Shown piece by piece: positions 52,677 through 64,000 of a DNA stretch of 64,000 nt (position 1 is its first letter; every line of letters starts with the position of its first letter). The DNA comes from Azolla caroliniana (Eukaryota; Plantae; Polypodiophyta). The position numbers and the translations under genes are program-made. The notes beneath the pieces are model-generated. The model was given only the letters and a program-made list of their open reading frames with translations, was not told the DNA's origin and did not search any database. Where the stretch lies: the NCBI GenBank assembly GCA_043228905.1, contig JBHGNT010000013.1, positions 14,322,001 to 14,386,000 on the forward strand. Reading direction: 5' to 3'.

Positions 52677-53040
52677 TCAAAATTCCTAGCGATGGGCGAG
52701 CAAGGTTTTTTTTTTTTTTTGGAAGGTCCGGAAACATATGGGCAGGAAGAGTGCCCGGGTTTTTTGGAAGGGTGCCCTTTGGACGGACACGCACCCCGCC
52801 CGACCACAGGAGATTTTAGAGATCTCAGATAATACTTTTCTTGGTAGAGACACACCAGAGAGCCCATGGTGATGGAAGGTGGCACTTTGGACACCCCCCC
52901 CACCTGACTAGAGGAGATTTTGGAGATATCAGATAATACTACTTTTCCTGGTAGATACACACCAGAGCCCAAACTGTGGACTTCCACGCGTTGAAGGTTT
53001 TCATTAGGAATCATTACTTAGACAAAGCCTCGCGTCGATA

Positions 53041-54960
53041 GAGTACTAGAGGATCTGGAGGTGTTGCAATATTGTTTGGAAAAGAGCTACAAAGGACGAT
53101 AGAAATACTACAAACAGACCCCAGAAACCCGTTTTATGTATATCAAAGTCCTCATTACCAAGGACCAGACAATGTTTCTTGCCATTTGTTACTTTCCCCC
53201 AAAAGGACCTCGTTATAATATGGCCGGAGAAGCGAGATTAGTTGTTCACGGAGTGCCACATGGAGTACTAGAGGATCTGGAGGTGTTGCAATATTGTTTG
53301 GAAAAGAGCTACAAAGGAGGATAGAAATACTATGAACAGACCCCAGAAACCCGTTTTATGTATATCAAAGTCCTCATTACCAAGGACCAGACAGTGTTTC
53401 TTGCCATTTGTTACTTTCCCCCAAAAGGACCTCGTTATAATATGGCCGGAGAAGCGAGATTAGTTGTTCATGGAGTGCCACATGGGCCTTCCCCATACGA
53501 ACCTTTATTGGATGACATAATCCAATGCTCTGCTAAAGGGAAAGTCTTCCTTGTAGGATATTTCAATATAAGAACTCAAGCCTTAAAATGCACAATCTTT
53601 CATATGGATAAAGACCTAGAAATTGTGATTGTTGATCCCTTTGCTATAGCCATCACAAGGATATTGAAAGACCGAGGAGCATATGTTATAAGCTTTGGCC
53701 ATCATCTGCTCAAACTTGTGAGTATTAGACTATCATATATAATGGTTTAGCAAAGTGGTCGGGCTCAGAAGAGCTCACATGCTTCCCCCATGGAGGAGGT
53801 GAAAAACACAATCGACTGACTATCTAATAGGACACCCTGAAGCTATCCACATGATTAAGTCATTTCAAGTGGCCCATGCTCTGTTGGGGCCGACCATAGC
53901 TTCTTATATTTTGAGCTACAACCTGTTATCCACACGTCGTAAAAGGTGAACGTGGAAAGCATCCCAATATTGTGACTTGTACCATATGCTCATGAGTAAT
54001 GACTGCACCACTCCATTGGAGGAGATTACGAGAACCAAGACCACAAACACCCATTGAGGATCCTAACACATGGCATACATATACAATATAATGCCTAACT
54101 CCTTTTTCTCACTCCACTCTTTAATCGTGCCCTAGCTGAGGGTTTTCCACCACAAGGGACCATGAACAAGTGGCCCCTATTCATAAAGGAGGGGGGACAA
54201 TGGACTCGAATACATATAGGATATTATGATTGGTCATATGCTCACTAAACTATACATTGCAATCATGGAACCAAAAATCAACGATTACATGGAGACATTA
54301 AGTCTTCAAGCACCCGAACAAAACGAGCCTTTCCTATAATTGAACATATCTTCACACTTAGATGCTTAATTGATCATACCAAGGCTCACAAGAGGAAATT
54401 ATATTGTTGCTTTGTAGACTTTTGCAAAGCCTTTGAAATTGTCCCTAGTGATGCAATAAAGCTCCATAGAGCCATCCAAATTTGTGAGTTTGTTGCACTG
54501 ATTTTACCATAGACAATCTCGGCATGAGTGATTAAGAAATAGATATATGCAAATAAAGCTAGAGTTGTTGTAATGATGTAGCAAAAATGTGAGGGAACAC
54601 CAACGGGTTATTTCAGGGAACATATATTCACACTTAGATGCTTAATTGATCGTACCAAGCTCACAAGAGGAAATTATATTGTTGCTTTGTAGATTTTCGC
54701 AACGCCTTTGAAATTGTCCCTAGAGAGCGGTTGTTTGACATGCTGAAAAGCTTGAGGATACTACATTACATGATTGGGCCATATATGAATTATATGAATA
54801 AGTCATTAGGCGTGTACGATGTCTAATCGGCTTATCAAATTGCTTCACTATCATGTGGAGGGATCAACATACATAATCGAAACCCACAACACAATAGAGA
54901 GAGCCTCAACCAAACACCTTGGAGCATATATGCGTAGTTAAGCCCCTTATTGACATTGAA
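53041..54960 (+). mobile_element. Degenerate LINE (APE endonuclease and RT remnants)
   Basis: ICYFPPKG and VFLVGYFN (GDFN-like); HIFTLRCLID..KLYCCFVDFxKAF RT motif present twice (~54345 and ~54623); 222 bp tandem duplication at 53041/53263. Confidence 0.75.
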
Positions 54961-55421
54961 TATTGGAGGTACATTTTGCATTAAATGAAGTGGATCCCTT
55001 AGACCACACACTCTTCCATTCTTCACTAGAGTTCTCTTGACTTTTGTTTGTACTTACATAGAAGCTCTATTAAAACCAAGCCCCATCATTTGTGTAAGGC
55101 GTTCATTGTTGATTACATTACCTTTACTTAATTGATTTACTTCAAGTAGTTATATCCATTGTCATTTGCTCATCTTGTTAACACTTATATATTTATCGTT
55201 CTTGTATACATTGTCTCTCTCTATTTCTCCATCTCTTACACACATACATAATCTAGTCATTGGGTGTGGAGCAAGCTACATACATAAGTATCAAAAAACA
55301 GTGGCTACAATTAAGGCGTATATAAAGTTGAAATACAAAAAAAGGTCAAAACAAGAACATGCAATAATAGGAGGAAAGAACCTCACTAATCTTGGAGCAC
55401 GGGATTAAGTGTCCATTTTTC

Positions 55422-58400
55422 TCATTCATACTCAATTTTGATTCCCTTGATGGTAATTGTGCCACCCGAAACCTTGGACACAATTGTGACTAGGAGGTCT
55501 GATGATTGGCTAGTAGCGAGCCCAAGACGTACAAGATTATCAGTAATGCCAAATCGAACTGTGACCGAGTGCGTGTCACTATTTGTGCCAGAACCAAAGA
55601 GGTGAGGAATATGGACAAATGACCCCACATACTCGGCACACGATATTGGTGTATTCTCATCAGCATTAGGCAAGTTGATAAAAACTGCGAGATGAGTGAC
55701 AACGTTTCGCGGCACCATCACCTCCTCTAGAACTAGAACCTCCTCTACATCCTCCCCCTCCTTTTCCAAAAGATCTTGTGGGATGCTACTCGGCCTTTCT
55801 ACAAGGCTCTTCAACTTCCCATCCACCTTCACAGGAGTCGAATTTTCTTTTGCGGGTCCTATCTTAAGTATAGTTTCTTTTGTGGTCGGAGTATTTGTTC
55901 CTCCTAAAGGCTGAGGTTCGTAATTCAACCATAACGTATCTTCTTTCACCTTTTCGTAGCTTACCCCTAGCCTCGCTGTATCTAATGCATCTTTGACTTT
56001 CACACGCACCATCCGTGCATTCTCATCGTAGAATATGAACTCTGCATCCAAGAAATCTGGGTCAGTGTGATCTTTCCTTCGCCCCCCAATCTTGTTCCAC
56101 ACTGTCCATAACCTATCCACATTTGAGTGGTGGGCATAAAAAATAGGGTCCCTTGCTGCTGAATAGAAGTTGCCCATGTCCTCTAAATATGTCTCTCTGT
56201 TATCTCCTGTCCAAGCATGTATTGATGTGTGTGGTGCATTCTCCAATGTCCCTCCTATGTTGGGTTCAGGATCTCCATTGCTGCAATTCAAATTATAGAC
56301 ATCTCTCCATTCATATTAGTACATACAAACACATGCACATCACATTGTATCCTTAATCAAGACTCATGAAGGTTGCCACTATTATTTCCACATAATAGAT
56401 TAGGACCTACCACTTCCTAAGGACCTAACATATGGGTACATTTCTAAGAGCTCCTGGAGGACCTACCATGTGGGTACATTTAGGAAGCAATTCACCATTA
56501 TGACTCCTTTGAGAAGTTTAGCAGAACATCTACTTTCTTGTTTGACCTTATTTCATAAGAACAAGCTCTTAACCAATAAGGTATCTAATGCACAACCCAA
56601 CTACCTAGGGCCTTGGAATATTATTTGAATACTTAACATTATTTGAGGACCTTTTGAATACTTAACATTATTTGAAGACCTTACATCTCACATTATTTGA
56701 GTACCCACATGTTCAAAACAACTCTATACCTTGTTGCATTCTACTTCGGAAGAATCATCGACACATGCGCTTCTCATAGAAGACATAGTCAAATCATTAT
56801 TTCAATTATATATCATATTAATAGTCAGTATCATATTTTATATTTGTTTCTTTTAACAATTGTACTTTAAGTGTTTGTTAGGATAGGTTAATTTGCATAC
56901 ATACAAGCTTTCAGTTTGTTATGATCTAAGACTTAAGTACTCGTTTATGATTTCAAAATATTAATTGATATATTTTAAAATAAAAAGAATCAAAGTTTTC
57001 ACCTATATTTTTTGCCCATGAAGAGATCTGGAGTTGATGCAGTAACTACGGATTGGTACATTACATTGAGATTATCTTGAATGATTTGTTCATTTGTTAA
57101 GGTAGTGTTACCTAGATCTGATAAACTTAAAGTGTTTAGGACCGGGGGAAGATGGTTTGGGTTACGCTTAGCATCATAGAGAACACTGCCTTCTTTAGTG
57201 AACATTGCGGGCATAATGTTGCCCCCAACATTGCTTTGGTTGTCCCAATTCCAAAACACCAAAGAGAATTTAGGGTCTCCAATTAGATGACCCAAAATAC
57301 GCTCGTGGAAGTATAGGTACCAACGATGCCATGGGAAGAAAAGCCACGAGAAATGGATCTATATATAAAATTAAAATAGATTGAGATTAATATGCTAGCA
57401 TTAAAGAACAAAAGGTTTAAAAATAAATTTGTGCCCTAAACATATAGGTTTTTTATAAGCTTGTATTACCATAACATGAACTGCACAAACCACACAATAT
57501 TAGAGAAGGATGATATTAAATGCATGACATGGCATATCCATTGATCAACCATGTTCTTCTATTCTTCTCATCCTTTCCAAGTTTCAAAATATTGGCAGTG
57601 CACCACATAACTTGTTCAACATTGGTCATTTTTCGTGCATTGATGCCCACAAGTATCAATAAGCATTCAATTTTTTAAAAGAGATTTGGTTTTAAAAAAA
57701 TCATTTGATATTAGTCATCTTAGAACACTTTCTTGAAGTTCTACAAACCGGTTTCATGGTTCCATTCATGGATTTTGTACTCTTTATCCTCCACATAACT
57801 AATGACAAGTTTGTTATTAGTGAAAATTAAATATAAAAGGAAAAATGAAGTCAATAGTCAACGAGAGAGAAGATGTTAAGTAAGAGGTTTCCCAATAATT
57901 AGTTGCCAAGGATCTTTCGATCCCTGCCCCTTAATCACAAATCATTGTAAGGAGTTATAAAAGAATAACATTCTGAGTAAATTGTACATATTGCATATAT
58001 GTTTGATATCTAATCTCCATTGTAGACTATGATCATGACTCGTGATTCATCTCTCGTGGCTTTTTTCATAACTACACATATATATAGTTATCCCACGGAG
58101 TTATATGTTACTTATAAGATGCTCCACGGCTATGTAAATCAACACAAACTATTACTTTTATGTTTTGGAACAACCTCAAATAGGCAAAAGGTTGTCACAT
58201 GTTTTAATATCAATGTTACCCCTCAAATCAAAGGTGGTATCGTATTTTCGAAATGTTACCCTACGACAACAATACCAATATTGCAAAATCAACTCTAAAA
58301 CAAAATCAATCGATCAATCATTGGATGCATTGAACACTATGATAATTAGTATTGTGTCATTGTTAATCATGTAGTTATTGGCACTAGTATTTAGTGTGGC

Positions 58401-59548
58401 TAATAATAATAATAATGAACATTGTTAACTATGTAATTAGTAAAGCACCCTTTCTTCGGAAAAAAGAAAATTATGTAATTAGTACTACAATGAGCTTCAA
58501 TTACACTCTTTACGTTGCTTAAAAATCAAGCTAATATGAGAGCATTGCCTTTTCATGGGGGCACAAATATCTAACATTATATATTTCACCTGAAGCTTGT
58601 TGTTGCTTCCGAGTTGACTATACGCACCATTACAAAAGGCACAATGGATGTCGGCTTGGCGTTGTAAGCTACGGGGATCATCGCTAGGCAATGCTCGCAT
58701 GAGCTCATAGGCATGATTGTACTTAGCAATGTAAGCATCATCGACACGATGAGCAAGGCGTCGTGTCCGAAACGTAGGCTTATGGGGTAGCTTGAAGTCA
58801 ATGATGGGTTGTTTGGGTGGCAACAAGCAACAATTGACATACTTAGTAGGGGTAGAGGTGCCCGAGACCGCGTTCACACTTGCGGGGGTACAAGTGCTCA
58901 GGTCAGGTGGGACAATGGGATTGGCCTTTGCTGGTTGTTGTTGTTGTTGAAACATGAGTGCTAAGGAAAGCCCACTTGTGGCCATGGATGTGACCACCTC
59001 GCGCCTATCCAACAGTCCACCTATCCCAAACAAACAACATTGTCTTTTTAAGTTCCCATAAGCTCTCTTTAACTCTAGTAGTAGTCCAACATTATTTATT
59101 AGAAAGGCTTAAAAGACCTTGCAAGCTTGGATATGGTTTCACCAACGGAAACCCATAAAAAATTTCAAGAGAGTAACCTTGACACTCTAATTGACCAAGA
59201 AAAACCTGAGTTCATGACTTCATATTAGTGATTGACACAATCATTGAACACAATTAAGCTCACCACACCCATCATCCATTTGAAAACCCTAAACCCAAAT
59301 TTCTTAGCAGTTATTATCCTTCATTTAACCTCAAATTTCGACTTACCAGTTTCATTATTGTTGGTGATATTAGATTCCTGGGAAGATCCGGCTTTGACCA
59401 CACAACTTTTCCTCTTGGAGTATTGGCTCAAAGTGTGAAACTTGATGGATTTAAGGTAAGTGCATTGAGAAAGAGAAGAAGAAGGAGTAGATGATGATGA
59501 TGAAGAAGATAAGGAGGAAGGATGACTCAACACAATCGAAGAAGCCAT
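55422..59548 (-). CDS. PPO: Polyphenol oxidase (type-3 copper), thylakoid-lumen targeted, 4 exons, ~615 aa
   Basis: Exons 59548-59347, 59020-58590, 57358-57003 and 56280-55422, phase-consistent. Ser-rich transit peptide, Tat motif DRRE, CuA HCAFC..IHFSWLFFPWHR, CuB HTSIH..DPIFYAHHSNVDR, C-terminal EEVLV/EYVGSF. Confidence 0.95.
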
Positions 59549-61520
59549 AACTAAATAGTGATAACCAATCTCTTATAGACCAACCACTAAGACGAACTTT
59601 GGAAGGTTTATATTTATAGAAGGTATGGAAACACATTTATAACACCCCCACATCGTATGCACTTTCAAGCTTGTTCTTCCACTAGATACTAAAGAGTATT
59701 AGATTTATAAAAAGGTACATGTGTGTGTGCGTGTGTGTGCGTGTGTGTGTTTATAGGAAAGGGGGGGGGCAGGGGGGTGCATTGGTCCATTGCTTTTGTG
59801 GAAATAGATTGCATTGCGTACAAAATGAAAAACCAACTCTTGTGGACGACATAGGCTATATAGCCTATCAAAGCGTTTCCCAGTTATGTCAACACATTTA
59901 ATTCATGCATGGGTTTGTTGAATTGTTAAACCCCTACGAAAATCTTATGGTCGATATTTTGGAATGCAATTTCCATTGGATGCTTGATTGAGTCTTAAGC
60001 TTGAAGCAAGCTCAATGGTTGTGTTAATTTGTAAAAACATTCGTGAATTATATGAAGAACGAAAGAAACTAGAAAGCGGGGTAGTTTTTCAATAAATTCC
60101 TTGTGTGAAAACGTTTGCTTTGAGTTGCACTTTTTTATTTGTGAATGGAAACCGTAGATTAGATAAAATATTTTGCAATCCTTTTGGCAAGTTCACGTTA
60201 CCCAAGCATATCCACTTCTTTCTTCTTTGTTTGCAATGTATGGCACATGGTGGGTACTAAAAACATAGGAAAAGTAAAAAGTGTAGCAATTCACTAGTAC
60301 TCTTCATAGATTTAGAGTCAAACACACGATAAGTAGTAGATATTCTCTAGACTCTAGTTGTAATTTTGTCGAACCAACTCCACAAGCATTTTTGGGTTGG
60401 CTAAGGACATTGCAAATGAAATTTGCGAAGCAACCATATCACATGCTTAATTTATCCCCATAAAGGAATTGGTCCTATATATGGGCTTAAACTTTAGTAC
60501 CTTACACATATAATCTTGTTTTCTAGCCTTCACGAAATCCAACATGTCGGGAATATCATAAAGATCTATTTACATGGATCGACATTTGTCGAAAATCTAT
60601 ATGTAACAAATACAATACTAGCCATCACAAGAGATAACCATGCAAATCATGTTCAAGATCTAAATTTCAAACTACTCATCAAGAATTTATATTACAATCC
60701 CAATGGAGCATTGTGGCATCTTTAGCCAATACATGTAGGAAAAACGGTGTCTACATTTCCATAAAATCGTTGTTCTTTTACCCTTGCATGGGGAGCAAGT
60801 AAAAAGTGATGCTATCAATATAAAATTATCATTACATAAAATGTCCAACAATCTTGTTTACTTAGATATCAATGTTGTCTTTAGAGTCATGTATAGCATC
60901 TCAATAATTTTAGGGTCATTTCCAAAAGGTTGTTGCAAGTGTAAGCACATTGCATACTTTGTTAAAAAGTTGGACTCTCTTACTTGAGTCTAAGAAGTTG
61001 TTGTTGGTATGAATGTCTAAACATCTGTGGAGAATGATGGCTCTAGACAAAGATGTTCAATACACCACTCATCATGCACGCGCCATATTGAATTAATAGA
61101 CGACATTTGTTCAATAAAATCCCCAAAATCCACATTTCTAATAATTGGATTCCGATTTCCATTAAGTTGTAGAAAGACTTGATCTAATCCCATTGTTATA
61201 GGAACATTGCAAAATAGAATTTAAATGAGAACATTGATTTGGAGATAATGTATATGCACACAAGGGATTGTTGTCGTTGTTCTTTAACCAATATATGAAA
61301 TGAATGAAGCACAAAATAAAGAATATTACTAGCTCATAATTCTAGACAAACTAATACAGAGTGATCTTTGAAGAACAAAACCTACACTACAAATTTAGTT
61401 GTCTATCATGGCGCTTCTGGATACTTCTCACCATTGCGAACAACCTTTGATAGCAACAAGCTCTCAAGGATCACAGTTCCAAAATCATGGTCAAAAGTAC
61501 CTGTCATCACATCATACTTG

Positions 61521-61672
61521 ATAGAAAACTTAAGAAAAACTACAATCACTTACACCAAAACTTGTATCATTACCCAATAGAAAACTTAGAAAAACTACAA
61601 TCACTTAACACCAAAACTCATATCACTACCCAATAGAAAACTTAGAAAAACTACAATCACTTACACCAAAAC
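61521..61672. repeat. ~56 bp unit x3 tandem repeat
   Basis: atagaaaactta(a)gaaaaactacaatcactta(a)caccaaaac occurs three times. Confidence 0.85.
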
Positions 61673-62100
61673 CAGCAAGAAAAAACTACCATAATTTGTC
61701 ATAGTAAATCTAAGTTCAATTACTTGCAACAAAAATACTAGAAAAGGGAAAAGATACAAATCATTGACAATAAAACTATTCCATAACTTGAAACACGAGA
61801 TTCAACATTACATACCTTCACCCATTTGCTGCAAAATTTTATCTACAACAATAGAAGTAAAATACAAAATTGTTTAGAAAAAGAGAAGATATCTAATATA
61901 CAAAATGCAACATAAAAATTCGGATGTAAATGAGTACAGTTACATTTAAGGGTTAGTTAGATTCTCTCCAAGGTTGAAATTGAAGTGACCATCTGTATGC
62001 AGAGCTAGAGATGCATCTCATCTAGATCCATATTGCTGATAGGCAGAATAAGAGAAATCACTTGCTATAGACTCTCCCAATTTGGATTTCCCTCCATCAT

Positions 62101-62225
62101 TAGCAATGGGCACGGTTTCGACTCAAACCGAACTGAACTGTTAAGCCATGGTTTAACGGTTTATTGGTTCCAAATTTTTTTAATGGTTTGGATTTTCGAT
62201 AAACGATTCGATTTTGATTAAGTTT

Positions 62226-62265
<40 letters not shown>

Positions 62266-62990
62266 AAGATACACCTTAGTAAATTACTTGAGAAATGTAC
62301 ATATAGAAAACAGAGGGAGACATTTCATCTCACCTCTATTGTAATACAAAACCTAATACCAACATCTGATGATACAGATGATATCACAATAGGAACAAAT
62401 GGAACACCATCTACAAGCTATGCAATAAAAAAGGAGGAATGGAATAATTCCACTTCATACCAGGAGACGTATCTGAAAATAAGTGAAGCCCTCGCCACCG
62501 TTTCTTAAAGTCCACTTGACGTTGCCTTTGAGCATCAGTTGTACCCTGCAAATCATCATATTGTCCACGTATGGTGTGGACAAATCGGTTTTGATTAAGT
62601 TTGGTTCTAAAACTCGGGATTATAGGTTTGGTTTAAAGGTTTATAGATTTTTGGTTAACTTTTTTTTTTTGCCTTAATAGTTTATTGATTTAATAAATTT
62701 AACTTAAATGCTTATTTAATTTAATGTATTTTTGTTTATTTAGATGTTTAATTAGTTTGATTTAAGTGGTTGAGTTAAAAAAATTTATTAAATGGCTCGG
62801 TTTGTTTTTAACTTTTCCCTAAACAGTTTGGTTTTAAATGGTTTGGGTTCAACTTTTTCTTAAACGGTTTGGTTTAAATACAGAGGGTTCATAATTGGTT
62901 TGGTTTGGTTTTTGTTTTAAATAATCGGTTCGGTTCGGTTTCTTTGCCTTGAAATCGAACCGAATCGAAACCGAACCGCGCCCATTGCAA
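62101..62990. mobile_element. Non-autonomous hAT element / MITE (890 bp)
   Basis: 8-bp TSD tccatcat (62093-62100 and 62991-62998); 17-bp TIRs tagcaatgggcacggtt / aaccgcgcccattgcaa; many subterminal aaccg/cggtt motifs. Confidence 0.92.
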
Positions 62991-64000
62991 TCCATCATAT
63001 GGAACAAGAGGAAGCCTTTGCAAAGAGAGAGCCAAATCTCAACATGTGCAAAGGAAATAAAAATATTTCTTCATTCCACAAAAAAAAACTAGTTTTTCAA
63101 TCTTTGTCCTAGTTTCATAGTTGCAACAAAGCAAACCCATTTTAAACATGATCTCACAAGAAGTAAGAAAATAAGTAGGTATTTTTATCTTCTTTATAAT
63201 GAGTAGAAGATCCAATTTTATCTTCATTCCCTGTGTTTTTGTTCTTTGCCATAATTCCATTGTGAACCAATCCTAGACATATAGACATAGTCATTTCACA
63301 AAAAATAACCTATTTATTGAATTCAAAGTGAAATGACTTCTTTCTTCAATGAGAGAAGCCTCTTATGATACAGAGGCTATGCTATGGCGCGCACCATGGA
63401 AAGCTATCGATTTGACCAAAAGAAGAGGAAATGGATAGAATCGATATTTTATCGTCCATGATAAGGCTGATTTTGGCCAATGAGACCAAATCAACATATC
63501 ATCTTGTATACGACTCCCTCTTAAGAAAGGGGGATTACTATTATGTAGTAAAAACTCTGGATGTGAAAATAATGCACACATATGTGCTCAATGCTCACTA
63601 AATGTACGTGGAATGTGAAAATAGCTCAGATGTTGGTACCTCAAGTCTGCCTTTGATTTTCAAATTCAACCCAACCTTCCATGGTTGTAGGATGAAAAGC
63701 CATGAATGAGAGAGGAGAGGCATGTGAGTGAGTAAGCAAAGAAGAATAACGAAGAAGAGAACATACATATTGTTGAGCGAGCAAGCTCAACTTGGGTTGG
63801 ATTGGCTGAAGAAGCCAAGAACTGGATTGGATGGAAACCGATTGGTTAGGCTCGGATTGGCTGAAGAAGCTAGAAGCTGGATCAGATGGAGATTGATCGG
63901 TTAGGCCGGATTGGCGGGGAGCCGACAGGCCGTTGAGACCGATATTCCTCAAAGGAATATTTTTGGGAGTCAGTGTCAATAGCTCATTTACGAGCATTCA

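Noticed and set aside
60100-64000. Decayed gene or DNA transposon surrounding the hAT MITE, including ORF 63641-63997
   Set aside because: No recognisable domain, terminal repeat or consistent exon structure could be established from the sequence alone.

Overview
Eukaryotic land-plant nuclear DNA. The intron-containing PPO, the Tcn1-like chromovirus fragment and the tRNA-Trp-primed Gypsy elements suggest a non-seed plant such as a fern (inference). The window has two halves. 1-32.6 kb is repeat-dense. It is built on a tandem satellite whose ~170-175 bp monomer is a whole tRNA-Ser gene (81 nt, minus strand, with oligo-T terminator) plus spacer. The monomers are organised into ~1.9 kb and ~1.4 kb higher-order repeats, roughly 50 units by eye, of which about four still fold as tRNA-Ser(UGA). 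The array is split by a 17.4 kb nest of Gypsy LTR elements, which contains two near-identical inverted Copia arms around a 100-N gap. It is followed by a degenerate Copia and a chromovirus fragment. 33-64 kb is gene space with three intact minus-strand genes: sphingosine kinase (10 exons), PRP43/DHX15-type DEAH helicase (7 exons) and plastid-targeted polyphenol oxidase (4 exons). It also holds two hAT elements with clear TIR/TSD, a LINE remnant and a plastid 23S rRNA insertion. The most novel-looking signals are the tRNA-Ser satellite, a structured docking/selector-like element controlling a poison 3' splice site in PRP43 intron 3, and a G_GAU_UUU -1 frameshift site between protease and RT in the Gypsy family.
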